A stretch of DNA of 64,000 nt from Sulfolobaceae archaeon (lineage in GTDB: Archaea; Thermoproteota; Thermoprotei_A; Sulfolobales; Sulfolobaceae): assembly GCA_038893355.1 (NCBI GenBank), contig JAWARQ010000004.1:32001-96000 (forward strand). Reading direction: 5' to 3'. Every line of letters starts with the position of its first letter. The stretch's first letter is position 1. Both the position numbers and the translations under genes were made by a program. Below the pieces are notes generated by a model. That model was given only the letters and a program-made list of their open reading frames with translations, was not told the DNA's origin and did not search any database. Positions 1-10,396 of the stretch are shown here, piece after piece.

Positions 1-368
1 AAGAGGTAATAGAGAAGATACAGTCTGATATATTTTCCATTTCATCAGAAATTGTAGGCTTCGATGTCGGATTCACTTATGAGAGAGTGAAATTCTTAGA
101 GGGAGAGATAGAAAAACTCTCTCAAGATATTCCACCATTATCTAACTTTATAATTCCAAATGGCCACCTTGCGGCATCTTTTGCACATTTTGCAAGAACT
201 GTATGTAGAAGAGCTGAGAGAAGGGTTGTTAGTCTTTATAGGCAGAACAAGTCTAAAAAAGTTCACGTAGTATATCTGAATAGATTATCATCATTACTGT
301 TTGTCATCGCATTATGGATAAATAAGATTACTAATAACCCTGAAACTATTTGGAAAGCTAGAAGGTGA
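1..368 (+). CDS. ATP:cob(I)alamin adenosyltransferase, PduO type (5' end outside window)
   Basis: Frame open from position 3 (EVIEEIQSDIF...); motifs [10 protein letters not shown] and YLNRLS. Confidence 0.9.
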   Translation, partial: EVIEKIQSDIFSISSEIVGFDVGFTYERVKFLEGEIEKLSQDIPPLSNFIIPNGHLAASFAHFARTVCRRAERRVVSLYRQNKSKKVHVVYLNRLSSLLFVIALWINKITNNPETIWKARR

Positions 369-1287
369 ACTCAATTCCTACATTTCTCTTTAGAGCCTCT
401 TCATATGCAAATCTAGCAGCGAAATTATCTTCACTAGCTACTCCAACGGTCTTAAAAATAGATGGTCTCTCAATCTTAATGTTTTTAGCTAGTATTTCGC
501 CTATCTCTAAGACTTTAACACTTTTTAATATTCCTTTTTTATAAGGTTCAATATAATCTCCTGTTTCTTTAGAAACGGCTTCTAAACTATCAACAAAATA
601 TGTTTTACTCCGCATTATAGTATCATCGTCAATTTCCCTAGCTTCGGGAGTATGTGCGCCTATGCTAGCTACGTGAAAATCGTCTTTAAGTAATTTTCCT
701 AAAACTACTGGTGTTGTAGAAGAAGTAGTACTAAATATTACATCAGACTCTCTAAGGAGTTTCTCTAATTCAACAGCTTCTCCACCAACCTTTTGGGCTA
801 GTTTATAATGATTTTTCCTTGCTGTTATTAATAATTTGTTAATTTTAAAATATTCCTGTGCAAGTATAGCATGGTACTCTGCTTCCATTCCAGCCCCAAT
901 TATTCCTAAGGTACCAATATTTCTTTTACCTAGTGCAATTTCTGTGGACAGAATACTAGCAGCAGATGTTCTTATTGCAGTTAATACTGTTCCATCCATT
1001 ATTGCTAAAGGCCTACCGTCCTTTACGTCCAGTAAAACTACTATACCTTGTACTGAGGGAAGATTCCTCTTCTTATTTTCTTCAATAACATTCACTATCT
1101 TAGTAACTAGATATTCTTCAGTGTGAGATATCATAAAACCCCACCAATTGTTACTAACACTAAGAACTAGTCTAGGAACTTGAACTACCTTTTTTTCATA
1201 TAAGGAGATAAAAGCTCTTTTTACTGCTGCGACAGCAATCTCTGGCTTTAATAACTCCTTTAAATCATCTCCGCTTAATAATCTCAT
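358..1287 (-). CDS. Ornithine cyclodeaminase / mu-crystallin / alanine dehydrogenase family
   Basis: [10 protein letters not shown], Rossmann [14 protein letters not shown]. Confidence 0.9.
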   Translation of the reverse strand: MRLLSGDDLKELLKPEIAVAAVKRAFISLYEKKVVQVPRLVLSVSNNWWGFMISHTEEYLVTKIVNVIEENKKRNLPSVQGIVVLLDVKDGRPLAIMDGTVLTAIRTSAASILSTEIALGKRNIGTLGIIGAGMEAEYHAILAQEYFKINKLLITARKNHYKLAQKVGGEAVELEKLLRESDVIFSTTSSTTPVVLGKLLKDDFHVASIGAHTPEAREIDDDTIMRSKTYFVDSLEAVSKETGDYIEPYKKGILKSVKVLEIGEILAKNIKIERPSIFKTVGVASEDNFAARFAYEEALKRNVGIEFTF

Positions 1288-1341
1288 GAAATATTATTGA
1301 ATAATACACCTTTTAATCTTATCATTTTTACTTTAATTACT

Positions 1342-2193
1342 GTGAAACTAGAGCTTGGTGAGTCGCCAAAAGATGGTGACCCTTATAATAATTTCGTGTT
1401 AGCGTTAACTGCAGCAGGGGCAGGTGAAGGAACTATAAAGCTTTATAGTACTGCAGTTAAAGACTTCTTAAATTTTATAAAGAAAGATCCTAGGCTAGTA
1501 ACATCAGAAGATTTAAATAGATGGATTTTGGATCTTCTTAATAGAGAAGGAAAAATAAAGAATTTAGATGATGCGAGGAGGGCAAGAAATACTACAATAA
1601 GAAGTTATGTTATTGCAGTTAAAAGGTTTCTTAAGTGGTTAGGAGTTAACGTTAAGCCAACATTACCCAAAGTGAGAAGAAAAGAGCCAAAGATAGTAAG
1701 TGAAAGTTACATAAGTAGTTTATTAAGTGCATGTAGGTCTCTAAAGTATAGAGTCATTTTAAGCCTTTTAATAGATACTGGTTTGCGCTCTAAAGAATTA
1801 CTTACACTGAAAAAGAGTGATATAGATATTGAGAGAAGGATGATAGTAGTAAGAAATACTAAGAACGGAGAAGAAAGGGTTGTTTTCTTTACAGATAGAA
1901 CTGCAGATCTTCTTAAAAAATATTTACCAACTGTTAAAGGCGAGAAATTATTCGATATTTCTTATCAAGCTCTATATAAAGCTATTAAACGGGTAGGTAA
2001 AAAGGTAGGAGTAGAACTAAGACCTCATATATTAAGGCATACTTTCGCAACCGTTGCAATTAAGAAAGGAATACCACTTCCAGTAGTTCAGAGGCTTTTA
2101 GGTCATAAGGATATAAAGACAACTCAAATATATTTACATTTGATAACAGATGATATTTTTAAAATTTATAAAGAAAAATTTAATAATATTTAA
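1342..2193 (+). CDS. xerA: Tyrosine recombinase XerA
   Basis: TGLRSKEL, PHILRHTFAT, LLGH...TTQIY catalytic motifs; GTG 1342 preferred over TTG 1297. Confidence 0.85.
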   Translation: MKLELGESPKDGDPYNNFVLALTAAGAGEGTIKLYSTAVKDFLNFIKKDPRLVTSEDLNRWILDLLNREGKIKNLDDARRARNTTIRSYVIAVKRFLKWLGVNVKPTLPKVRRKEPKIVSESYISSLLSACRSLKYRVILSLLIDTGLRSKELLTLKKSDIDIERRMIVVRNTKNGEERVVFFTDRTADLLKKYLPTVKGEKLFDISYQALYKAIKRVGKKVGVELRPHILRHTFATVAIKKGIPLPVVQRLLGHKDIKTTQIYLHLITDDIFKIYKEKFNNI

Positions 2194-2195
2194 TA

Positions 2196-3608
2196 TTATA
2201 TTTTTAAAATATTTTTTAAGATTAGTAATGCTCTTTTAAACATATTATTTAGAAGGGATTTATAAAATTGGTTAAATATGTAAAGTATGATTAAATATAT
2301 TGATACAGAAATTAAAGGCGGTAATATGCTTGGAGTATTAAAAAACATTGTGAATATAATTGAAAGTAAAGACGTTGTCAAAGTAACAATATAGCATTCA
2401 CTCCTGGGTAACTTAAAGTTATATTTATCTCTTAATGCAGAATAAACACTAATTATCATAAAAAATGATGTTATTAACAGAGGAACGGATGCCACAATTA
2501 TTGTATATAAGATATTATTTTGTAATTTAAATGTTAAAATAATTATCATAGTGGTTAATGTTGCTGTAGCTGAGAAAAACATATTCTTCCTTAGAATCCT
2601 ACCAGTAACGCTCTTAAAGGGATCGGATTTCTCTATAGAGAGTTTCTCATCGATTGCTATTAAATAATTATATAGCGTCGCATAAAAAACTCTAAATGAG
2701 GTAGATATTGTGAGTAGATATACTGCAGGTGTTATAATTGAATAAACTTCTCTTATAAGATGAATTAAGAAAGTTGCACCAGTAATAACACCTAATGTAA
2801 CTATTCCTATTATTCCTATTATTAATTTTATTAAATCATAAAATCTATTATCTTTATTAGTTATAGCGCTTTTGATTACTCCAACGTTAGCTGCTCCTGA
2901 CAATGTTGCAACACTGGAAACTACAATTGCGGCCTCATAAAATGCTACCAGATAAAATCCACCAATAAAGAGGAGGAATAATACTATTGTCCCTTCAATT
3001 ATATACTGAAGCCTTTCAAATATTATAACTATTGAATTTTTCAAAGTTTTAATAGCTATTTTAAAATCTATCTTTAAATTACCTTTAATATTTTTTAGAA
3101 CAAATAATATCTGCAAAATATAACCTATAGAATATGCAAGTGAGGGTGCTAAAATTGAAAGGTTATAGATATATAGAAGAATGACTGCAGACACTAATCT
3201 ACCTATTTGAAACATGATATTACTTAAATTGACCAATAATGGTTTAGTACCTTGAGTAATCGCCAATACTGTTCTCAAGATGTAATAAGATATTATCATT
3301 GGTATTACTGTATTCATTCCTAAAAAGAGGGCTAATATTGTAGAGATAGTAGCAAAGAGTAGTTGTAAGATAATTACCCCTCCCATTGGTTTTCCTTCTG
3401 CAGTATATCTTACTGATATTATTGATAAAGTATCTGCAGGTATCGTTAGAAATGAAGAAAATATTACGTAATAGGTTTGCCATTCTCCAAAAGCTTCTAT
3501 TGATTGATGAGATAGTGATGCAGCTATTAAGAATGCAAATAGTAGTGAAAAAGGTGTGGTGGCAAGTCTTGATAAAAACCCTAGCAATGCATCTCTTATA
3601 ATCCCCAT
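2196..3608 (-). CDS. Polytopic membrane protein, MOP/polysaccharide flippase-like
   Basis: 470 aa with many hydrophobic segments and a flippase-like N-terminus. Confidence 0.6.
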   Translation of the reverse strand: MGIIRDALLGFLSRLATTPFSLLFAFLIAASLSHQSIEAFGEWQTYYVIFSSFLTIPADTLSIISVRYTAEGKPMGGVIILQLLFATISTILALFLGMNTVIPMIISYYILRTVLAITQGTKPLLVNLSNIMFQIGRLVSAVILLYIYNLSILAPSLAYSIGYILQILFVLKNIKGNLKIDFKIAIKTLKNSIVIIFERLQYIIEGTIVLFLLFIGGFYLVAFYEAAIVVSSVATLSGAANVGVIKSAITNKDNRFYDLIKLIIGIIGIVTLGVITGATFLIHLIREVYSIITPAVYLLTISTSFRVFYATLYNYLIAIDEKLSIEKSDPFKSVTGRILRKNMFFSATATLTTMIIILTFKLQNNILYTIIVASVPLLITSFFMIISVYSALRDKYNFKLPRSECYIVTLTTSLLSIIFTMFFNTPSILPPLISVSIYLIILYIFNQFYKSLLNNMFKRALLILKNILKI

Positions 3609-3641
3609 CTTTTGGAATGTTAAAAGGATAATTTTTAAGTC

Positions 3642-4343
3642 TTATCCAATTTCTTTCAATAATTTTATACAAGGTCTATATTTAGTTCTTGATAATATTT
3701 TATAAAAATCATTGTAATCTATATTTAACCATTCTTTTAGCTCCTCAAGCTTTTTAAAAATTTTATTACAATCAAAATTTTTTAATTTATTAATTTCTGA
3801 AGCTGCCCTAACTCTTGCTTCTCTTTTAGATTGTACTTCTTTTATCGCTTTCTCTAAGTTATTTAATTCTCTTGTTTTCACTATTAAACTAACTATACCA
3901 TTTATGGTGTTAGGTACACCTAATCTAGACCCTCTTAATTCAATTTTTCTAGATTGTACATTAGGTAAACTCATTCTCGTTAAGTAAGTAGTTATTCCTT
4001 TTTTAGGCGTTTTATCTACTATTCCGCCGATTATAATTCCATTAAAGTAGTAGAGATCCTCTTCCTTTAAAGTTCTTAATGCATAGGGATCTAGAACGAG
4101 TGGTCTAGTTATACCAAAGACACTTAAAGAGTATTTAAGACTTCCTCTAATTAAGAAAATCTTTGTATTTTCTATCCTTCTTATTAAATAATCTAGATAT
4201 TTGACATTCTGGTTTATTGATAAGACTAGTTTATACCCCCTTTTATTTAGAATACTGTAGGCTTGTATAATTTGCAAGGTGAGGCTCTTTAATTCCTCCT
4301 CAGTATGAAATGGAAGGTAGTTAAGATCAATGATGAATATCAT
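3642..4343 (-). CDS. trm10: tRNA m1R9 methyltransferase Trm10 (SPOUT)
   Basis: LDPY, IIGGIVDK, IELRGSRLGVPNTIN motifs. Confidence 0.8.
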   Translation of the reverse strand: MIFIIDLNYLPFHTEEELKSLTLQIIQAYSILNKRGYKLVLSINQNVKYLDYLIRRIENTKIFLIRGSLKYSLSVFGITRPLVLDPYALRTLKEEDLYYFNGIIIGGIVDKTPKKGITTYLTRMSLPNVQSRKIELRGSRLGVPNTINGIVSLIVKTRELNNLEKAIKEVQSKREARVRAASEINKLKNFDCNKIFKKLEELKEWLNIDYNDFYKILSRTKYRPCIKLLKEIG

Positions 4344-4461
4344 TAAACTCTTATGCGATCTTATCCTTAAAAAATTATTTGAAGATAATTTTATAATAAA
4401 TAAATTTCAAGTTTTTTCTCTCATAGTAATACTTTAATATTAGTTAAGAGAGTAATAAATA

Positions 4462-4710
4462 ATGAGCAATAAGCTCCCATTTCAAAAACCTCCAGCAATG
4501 CCGGCAAGTTATCCTACTCAATCGTGGCCAGTTGCATATGTTATAGAGGTTCTAGTAAAGTGTAAATTAGATGGAGAAATAATGCCAATTACCAAAGCCT
4601 TAGAACACCAGAAGATGCATGAGCAGAAAGGCGAACAGCCGTGTTTTACTATAGAGGGTCTTTCAACATCGAGGCCTAAAATAGAGAAAAATATAATTGA
4701 GTTCATTTAA
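4462..4710 (+). CDS. Small hypothetical protein with C2H2-like metal motif
   Basis: ATG about 25 nt after a TATA-like TTTAATA; C-x2-D-x11-H-x3-H. Confidence 0.65.
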   Translation: MSNKLPFQKPPAMPASYPTQSWPVAYVIEVLVKCKLDGEIMPITKALEHQKMHEQKGEQPCFTIEGLSTSRPKIEKNIIEFI

Positions 4711-6541
4711 GTAAAACTTTTCTTAATTCTTCTAATGCCTCTACTTCCTCTAATGTAGATAGGTCTCCTAATACATTATTAGTAAGAACTGCTCTTAGAA
4801 CTCTTCTCATTATTTTCCCTGTTCTTGTTTTAGGCAATCTTTCTAAGAAGAAGACATTCCTAATTACTGCAATGGGTCCTAACTTTTCCCTAATACTTCT
4901 TATTATTTCATTCTTTAAATCTTCAGAAGGTTTATAGTCTTTCTTTAATACAACAAATGCTACTAATGCATTTCCTTTTTCTACATCTGGTACACCTATA
5001 ACTGCAGCCTCCGCTACTTTGTTATTTTCTAGTATAATATTCTCTATCTCTGCTGGGCTTAATCTATGACCAGCTATCTTTACTACATCATCTACTCTAC
5101 CGAGTACATAAACGTATCCTTCTTCATCAATATAACCATAATCTCCAGTAAAATACACACCATATTTACTAAAATATTCTCTATATCTTTCATCGTCATT
5201 CCATAACGAGATCATGAATGCTGGTGCAGATCTCTTTATAACTATATAGCCCTTTTCATTTGGTGGTAGCTCTCTTCCGTTATCATCCACTATTGTTACC
5301 TCTATACCAGGTAATGGATGTCCTACAGAGCCAAGCTTGTAATATATTCCATTAATAAAGAATCCGCCAGGTGATGTTATAAATCCACTGTTTTCTGTCT
5401 GACCCCATGTTTCTATAATATAAGTCTCTTGATTAGTTAGATTTACTAACCACTTCCAAGGTTCTATTCCTAATATTTCGCCTGCGCTAACTATCATCTT
5501 TAAACTACTTATATCATAGTTGACTTTCTCGTAATATTTCATTAATAGCCTAACCGCAGTTGGGGCAACCCACATATATGTAACTGAATACTTCTCTACA
5601 AGCCTCCACCAAATTTCTGGATCTGGATAATCTGGTGCACCTTCATACCATAATAATGTAGCTCCGTTTAAGAGTGGACCGTAAGTACTGTAAGAATGTC
5701 CATTAATCCACCCTATATCTGGCAGTGAAAAGAAGATATCATCATTTTGAAAGTTAAATAACCATTTAACATGAAAGTAAGCCCATACTGTATAAGCCCC
5801 AGTGGCATGTACTACGCCTTTTGGTTTTCCAGTAGTTCCAGAGGTGTAAAGTATGAACAATGGATGTGTTGATTCTACTCTTTCTGCTTCTACTTTCTTA
5901 TTTCTTTTTATTAAATCTTTAAAATCATAAAAATTTTTTGACCTTTTATCAGCTCTATTTAAAATTATGACGTTAACATTAAGTCCCTCTATCGCTTTAA
6001 TAACGTTTTCGATATAATTAATTTCCTTTCCTCTTCTATATCCAACATCTGAAGTAATAATTAGTTTTGAATTTGAAGATACAATTCTCTCTCTAAGTGC
6101 TTGATATCCAAATCCTCCAAAAACTACATTATGTATTGCACCTATTCTCGCACATGCTAGCATTGAGACCATGGCTTCTGGTATCATTGGCATATATATT
6201 GTAACTACGTCACCTTTCTTTATCCCAATTTCCAATAATGAGTTAGCTAAAGACATAACTTGCTTATACAGCTGGTCATAAGTAAGGATTTTACTCTCAC
6301 CAATCTCGCTTTCCCAAATCAGTGCAGCTTTGTTTTTTCTTTCAGGATGTGCATCAAATATGTTATAAGTAATATTAATTTTTCCATCAGGAAACCATTC
6401 GTAATAAGGATGATTAGATTTTAAGACTTTAGTATATTTATTAAACCAAATTAATTCTGATGCAACATTATCCCAGAACTTCTCATTATTAAGAACAGAG
6501 AATTTCCACAACTTCCTTATTCTCGTTAATGTAGGATTCAT
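4703..6541 (-). CDS. acs: Acetate--CoA ligase (AMP-forming)
   Basis: YTSGTTGKPKG, ETWGQTE, LPKTRTGKIMRR. Confidence 0.88.
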   Translation of the reverse strand: MNPTLTRIRKLWKFSVLNNEKFWDNVASELIWFNKYTKVLKSNHPYYEWFPDGKINITYNIFDAHPERKNKAALIWESEIGESKILTYDQLYKQVMSLANSLLEIGIKKGDVVTIYMPMIPEAMVSMLACARIGAIHNVVFGGFGYQALRERIVSSNSKLIITSDVGYRRGKEINYIENVIKAIEGLNVNVIILNRADKRSKNFYDFKDLIKRNKKVEAERVESTHPLFILYTSGTTGKPKGVVHATGAYTVWAYFHVKWLFNFQNDDIFFSLPDIGWINGHSYSTYGPLLNGATLLWYEGAPDYPDPEIWWRLVEKYSVTYMWVAPTAVRLLMKYYEKVNYDISSLKMIVSAGEILGIEPWKWLVNLTNQETYIIETWGQTENSGFITSPGGFFINGIYYKLGSVGHPLPGIEVTIVDDNGRELPPNEKGYIVIKRSAPAFMISLWNDDERYREYFSKYGVYFTGDYGYIDEEGYVYVLGRVDDVVKIAGHRLSPAEIENIILENNKVAEAAVIGVPDVEKGNALVAFVVLKKDYKPSEDLKNEIIRSIREKLGPIAVIRNVFFLERLPKTRTGKIMRRVLRAVLTNNVLGDLSTLEEVEALEELRKVLLK

Positions 6542-6685
6542 ATATACTAAATTTTGCTTTAAGGAAAAATAAATTAAGCTACTAGTGCAAAGGATGCATA
6601 ATTATAATTTTTCTCGTTATGTATATATCTCTCTACAATAGTAATTTAAAATAGCGCTTATTAATTATTCTAGATAACTAACATT

Positions 6686-6898
6686 ATGCCAAATAAGGGA
6701 AGTAATTATAAATTTTCTATTTTTATATTAATAATAACAATAATTATAGCTTTATTATACTTTATCCCACAAATAGTTAATAATGTTGAACCAAGGCTGG
6801 CTGGCTTAAGTTTCTTCTACTGGTATCAAATACTTTTACTATTCGTTGCAGCAATTGGGTATTTTATTGTTTCTTATGTTTCTGAAAGAAAGAGGTGA
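6686..6898 (+). CDS. DUF3311 small membrane protein (symporter accessory subunit)
   Basis: Two TM helices, [14 protein letters not shown]; stop overlaps symporter start (GTGA). Confidence 0.8.
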   Translation: MPNKGSNYKFSIFILIITIIIALLYFIPQIVNNVEPRLAGLSFFYWYQILLLFVAAIGYFIVSYVSERKR

Positions 6899-8484
6899 GT
6901 AATATGTTTAATGTCAGTATATTAACGCTTACTGTATTCGTAATTCTTTTCGCCATATTTACGTTTTTAGGATTTTATGGATCTAGATGGAGGAAAGGAG
7001 ATCTTAATAGGCTAGATGAATGGGGGCTTGCAGGTAGAAGATTAGGAACATTAATAGTGTGGTTTTTAATGGGTGCAGATTTATACACTGCATATACTTT
7101 CGTCGCAGTTCCATCAACTGTTTTAGCTTCTGGACCCTACGGTTTCTTTGCAGTTCCATATGTTGCACTAACTTTTGGAATTGCATTACTTACAATGCCT
7201 AGATTATGGGTTGTTAGTAGAAATAAGAATTATGTTACCGCTTCTGATTTTATAAAAGATAGATTTAATAGTAGGGCATTATCTATAGCAGTTGCAATAA
7301 CTGGTGCAGTAGCTGAACTTCCTTACATTGCATTACAAATAGTAGGTATGCAGGCAGTTCTTGCTATATTACTTTTAGGTCTTAATCTTGGAAATTCTAC
7401 ACTAGTATCAGATCTAGCCTTACTAATATCATTTATAGTCTTGGCTGCATTTACTTTTACGAGTGGGTTAAGGGGTGCAGCTTTAACTGGGATCTTTAAA
7501 GATATTCTAATATGGATTACAGTACTTGTACCAATTATATACGTACCCTTATCTACGGGAGGGTTTTCATTAGCCTTTCAAAACTCTCAAACCCTTAGCG
7601 CTCAAGTAAATCAAGTTATTAATGGAGTTAATAGGAGTATAAATTATGCCCAACTTAATTCCCTACTATTCTCTGCGTATATCTCTACTGCAATAGGTAG
7701 CGCATTAGCATTATACTTATACCCTCACTCAATAAACGGCTCATTAAGTTCTCAAGACGAAAAGAGATTAAAGTATGCAACTTCCTTCTTATCAATATAT
7801 GGAGTTGGGTTAGCCCTTCTAGCGTTATTTGGAATCTTAATATATGCAGTTCCGGATGCATTAAATTTAGTTCTTCAGAATCCTTTACATGGTCTATTGA
7901 CTGTTCCCGGTTTAATAGCATATACTATGCCAGATTGGTTTGTTGGAATTGCGCTTTTAGGAATATTTGTAGGTGGATTAGTTCCCGCAGCAATAATGGC
8001 AATAGCAGTAGCAAATCTATTAGCTAGGAATGTTATAAAGGAATTTAAACCTAATCTCTCTCCAAGTTCAGAAGCGAACCTTGCTAAATGGATTTCTACA
8101 ATATTTAAGTTCATAGCTTTAGCTTTCGTATTTATAGTACCTCCGACCTATGCAATACAGCTTCAATTATTAGGAGGTATAATAATACTACAAACTTTAC
8201 CATCTATATTCATAGGGCTATATACTAATAAAATGAACAGTAAAGCACTTCTAGCAGGCTGGGCTGTTGGATTAACTTCTGGAATAATACTTGCACTTTT
8301 TGCTAATAATTTTGGACCACTAAGAACTTCGCTGTTCTCTACACCTTTAGGTCCTTTGTATATAGGTATGATAGCGTTGGGGATTAATTTACTAGTAGTA
8401 CTAATAGGGACTTTAGTTTCAATAGCTCTAGGATGGAAGCCTATTTCTAAAATATCTGAAAAAGACTTTAGTATAGTACATTAA
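6895..8484 (+). CDS. Sodium:solute symporter, MctP-like monocarboxylate permease
   Basis: [24 protein letters not shown]; many TM helices. Confidence 0.9.
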   Translation: MSNMFNVSILTLTVFVILFAIFTFLGFYGSRWRKGDLNRLDEWGLAGRRLGTLIVWFLMGADLYTAYTFVAVPSTVLASGPYGFFAVPYVALTFGIALLTMPRLWVVSRNKNYVTASDFIKDRFNSRALSIAVAITGAVAELPYIALQIVGMQAVLAILLLGLNLGNSTLVSDLALLISFIVLAAFTFTSGLRGAALTGIFKDILIWITVLVPIIYVPLSTGGFSLAFQNSQTLSAQVNQVINGVNRSINYAQLNSLLFSAYISTAIGSALALYLYPHSINGSLSSQDEKRLKYATSFLSIYGVGLALLALFGILIYAVPDALNLVLQNPLHGLLTVPGLIAYTMPDWFVGIALLGIFVGGLVPAAIMAIAVANLLARNVIKEFKPNLSPSSEANLAKWISTIFKFIALAFVFIVPPTYAIQLQLLGGIIILQTLPSIFIGLYTNKMNSKALLAGWAVGLTSGIILALFANNFGPLRTSLFSTPLGPLYIGMIALGINLLVVLIGTLVSIALGWKPISKISEKDFSIVH

Positions 8485-8554
8485 TTGTAATTTCATCAGT
8501 GAAATGATTTTTAATACGGTTAGATATATAAGGATGAGATTTTTTCAGCATCAT

Positions 8555-10192
8555 ATGAATTCAATGATAGTAAGAATATTGTGTATGCTTTCCATTGCAT
8601 TAGTATTAAGTTCTATTACGCCGATAATAATATCGAGCTCTGCAGTTAGTAGTACAGGGTATCAGGTTCTATATCAGAAATATATTAGTGGAATTTTATC
8701 TCAACAAACTAATGTAGGATATTCGACAATATATTACGTTTCGAATACTACTGCTACAGTTAATTATACTTCTGATGAAAAGGGAGTGATAAAGTCTCTT
8801 CAACATCAAACACTATATACTATTACCTCTTTAGGTAAGTCTCTTCAACATCAAGGTTACATAAACATTTCAATAGTAAATGGATTATTATTCAGTCTGA
8901 AGACTAACTTACCCTATCTGGCTAGAGTAATATTGATCGAGGGTAATTCTACTCAGCTAGTTTGGGCAGGTTTTAATGCAACAAAGATAAATTCCTATGT
9001 ATATATTAATTCCTCTGCAAACTTAGTCCTACAATTTCTAAATGGGACAAAATTCGTTAATATTAGCTTTACAGTGACACTTTCCTCAAAAATATCTAAG
9101 TCATTAAGCATTTATCTTCAAGAGATAACAGTAAGTAGTAAATTCTCAAGAGATTCCCAAACTGTTATACAATTAAATTATCCTAGAAAATACGCTCCAT
9201 ATATTTCAAGTAGTGAAATTAACGGATCTTATGTAAATTTAAGTAGTAATAATATGAATGTAGTTGAAGCGTACTTTAATGGAACTTTATTACCTGCAAT
9301 ATTATGGAGTGGTGAGGGTAAAGGCTCATTTTCGTTACATTTAGGTGTTTTACAGTCAGTCTTAGATATCGATACTAAGTTTATAACTATATCATTTTAT
9401 GGAGTTAATGGTACACCAGTAGCTTATGTTCACGATGTTTTCTTAAGCGGAGTATTATCTCAAAAAGGCCTAATAAAGGCAGTTTATGGAGATTTAAAGG
9501 CTGGAGAGTTAAAGATTGTTAAGGTAATAGGCGCAAAATATTCGAAGGCATCCTCTTCAGCTAAGGCATATGTAAATGGAAATCAAGTTATAGTTATTAT
9601 TAATGATAAGGGAGAAGTAGAAAGTACTGGGGATGTAGAGGTTATACATAATGTGTATGTAAATAACGTAGCTGGAGTAATAGTGAATATTTATATTAAT
9701 GGTAGTGGTAAAGTAGTTCTCGTAACTACTAATAATCAAGCACATAATGTTAGTATTGTAGTCCCGAAATCAGTAAAGGTGGTTAATATAAATATTAATG
9801 GTAAAACGTTTGTTGCACAAAACGTTACTGTAGAAATTCCTAGTAAGTATATAATGTTTAACATCACTTTATTGAATTCATCAGCAAATATTCAAGTTTA
9901 TAAGATCGTTAATGGTAGTTTAATCAAATTGAATGATAGTAATTACTTTATCATGAATGGTAAGCTCGTAGTATTTGATGACCCAGAGTCTAACTATCTA
10001 ATAGTTTATGGTACTGTGCAACCACAAACTACTATAACAGCACAGAGTGGAACGTCTAGCAGTTTACCACAGCAGCAAAGTTCTATTCCTTCCCCTGGTG
10101 GAATCTCTAGTAATTTACTCTATGTCATAATAGGCATAATAGTTGTAGTTGTAATTCTAGCCATAGCTATAGTCCTAACGAGGAGAAAGTAA
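8555..10192 (+). CDS. Secreted, C-terminally membrane-anchored cell-surface protein
   Basis: Signal peptide, Ser/Thr/Asn-rich beta-type body with many NxS/T sequons, S/Q/P linker, TM helix plus RRK tail; ATG 8555 fits TATA near 8525. Confidence 0.8.
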   Translation: MNSMIVRILCMLSIALVLSSITPIIISSSAVSSTGYQVLYQKYISGILSQQTNVGYSTIYYVSNTTATVNYTSDEKGVIKSLQHQTLYTITSLGKSLQHQGYINISIVNGLLFSLKTNLPYLARVILIEGNSTQLVWAGFNATKINSYVYINSSANLVLQFLNGTKFVNISFTVTLSSKISKSLSIYLQEITVSSKFSRDSQTVIQLNYPRKYAPYISSSEINGSYVNLSSNNMNVVEAYFNGTLLPAILWSGEGKGSFSLHLGVLQSVLDIDTKFITISFYGVNGTPVAYVHDVFLSGVLSQKGLIKAVYGDLKAGELKIVKVIGAKYSKASSSAKAYVNGNQVIVIINDKGEVESTGDVEVIHNVYVNNVAGVIVNIYINGSGKVVLVTTNNQAHNVSIVVPKSVKVVNININGKTFVAQNVTVEIPSKYIMFNITLLNSSANIQVYKIVNGSLIKLNDSNYFIMNGKLVVFDDPESNYLIVYGTVQPQTTITAQSGTSSSLPQQQSSIPSPGGISSNLLYVIIGIIVVVVILAIAIVLTRRK

Positions 10193-10233
10193 ATTTATAT
10201 TTTTTTCTTCGTATTTTTTCTGTAAACCTAAAT

Positions 10234-10310
<77 letters not shown>

Positions 10311-10396
10311 TCTGTAAATTTTTCTATTATCTTTTTATAGAGTATTTATATAATTATTAAATATTTGAAATAATAAAAAATTATATTAAATAAAAA

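Noticed and set aside
8490-8560. Minus-strand C/D-box-like ATGATGC...CTGA
   Set aside because: Imperfect C box, no internal boxes, AT-rich guides; better explained as the surface-protein promoter
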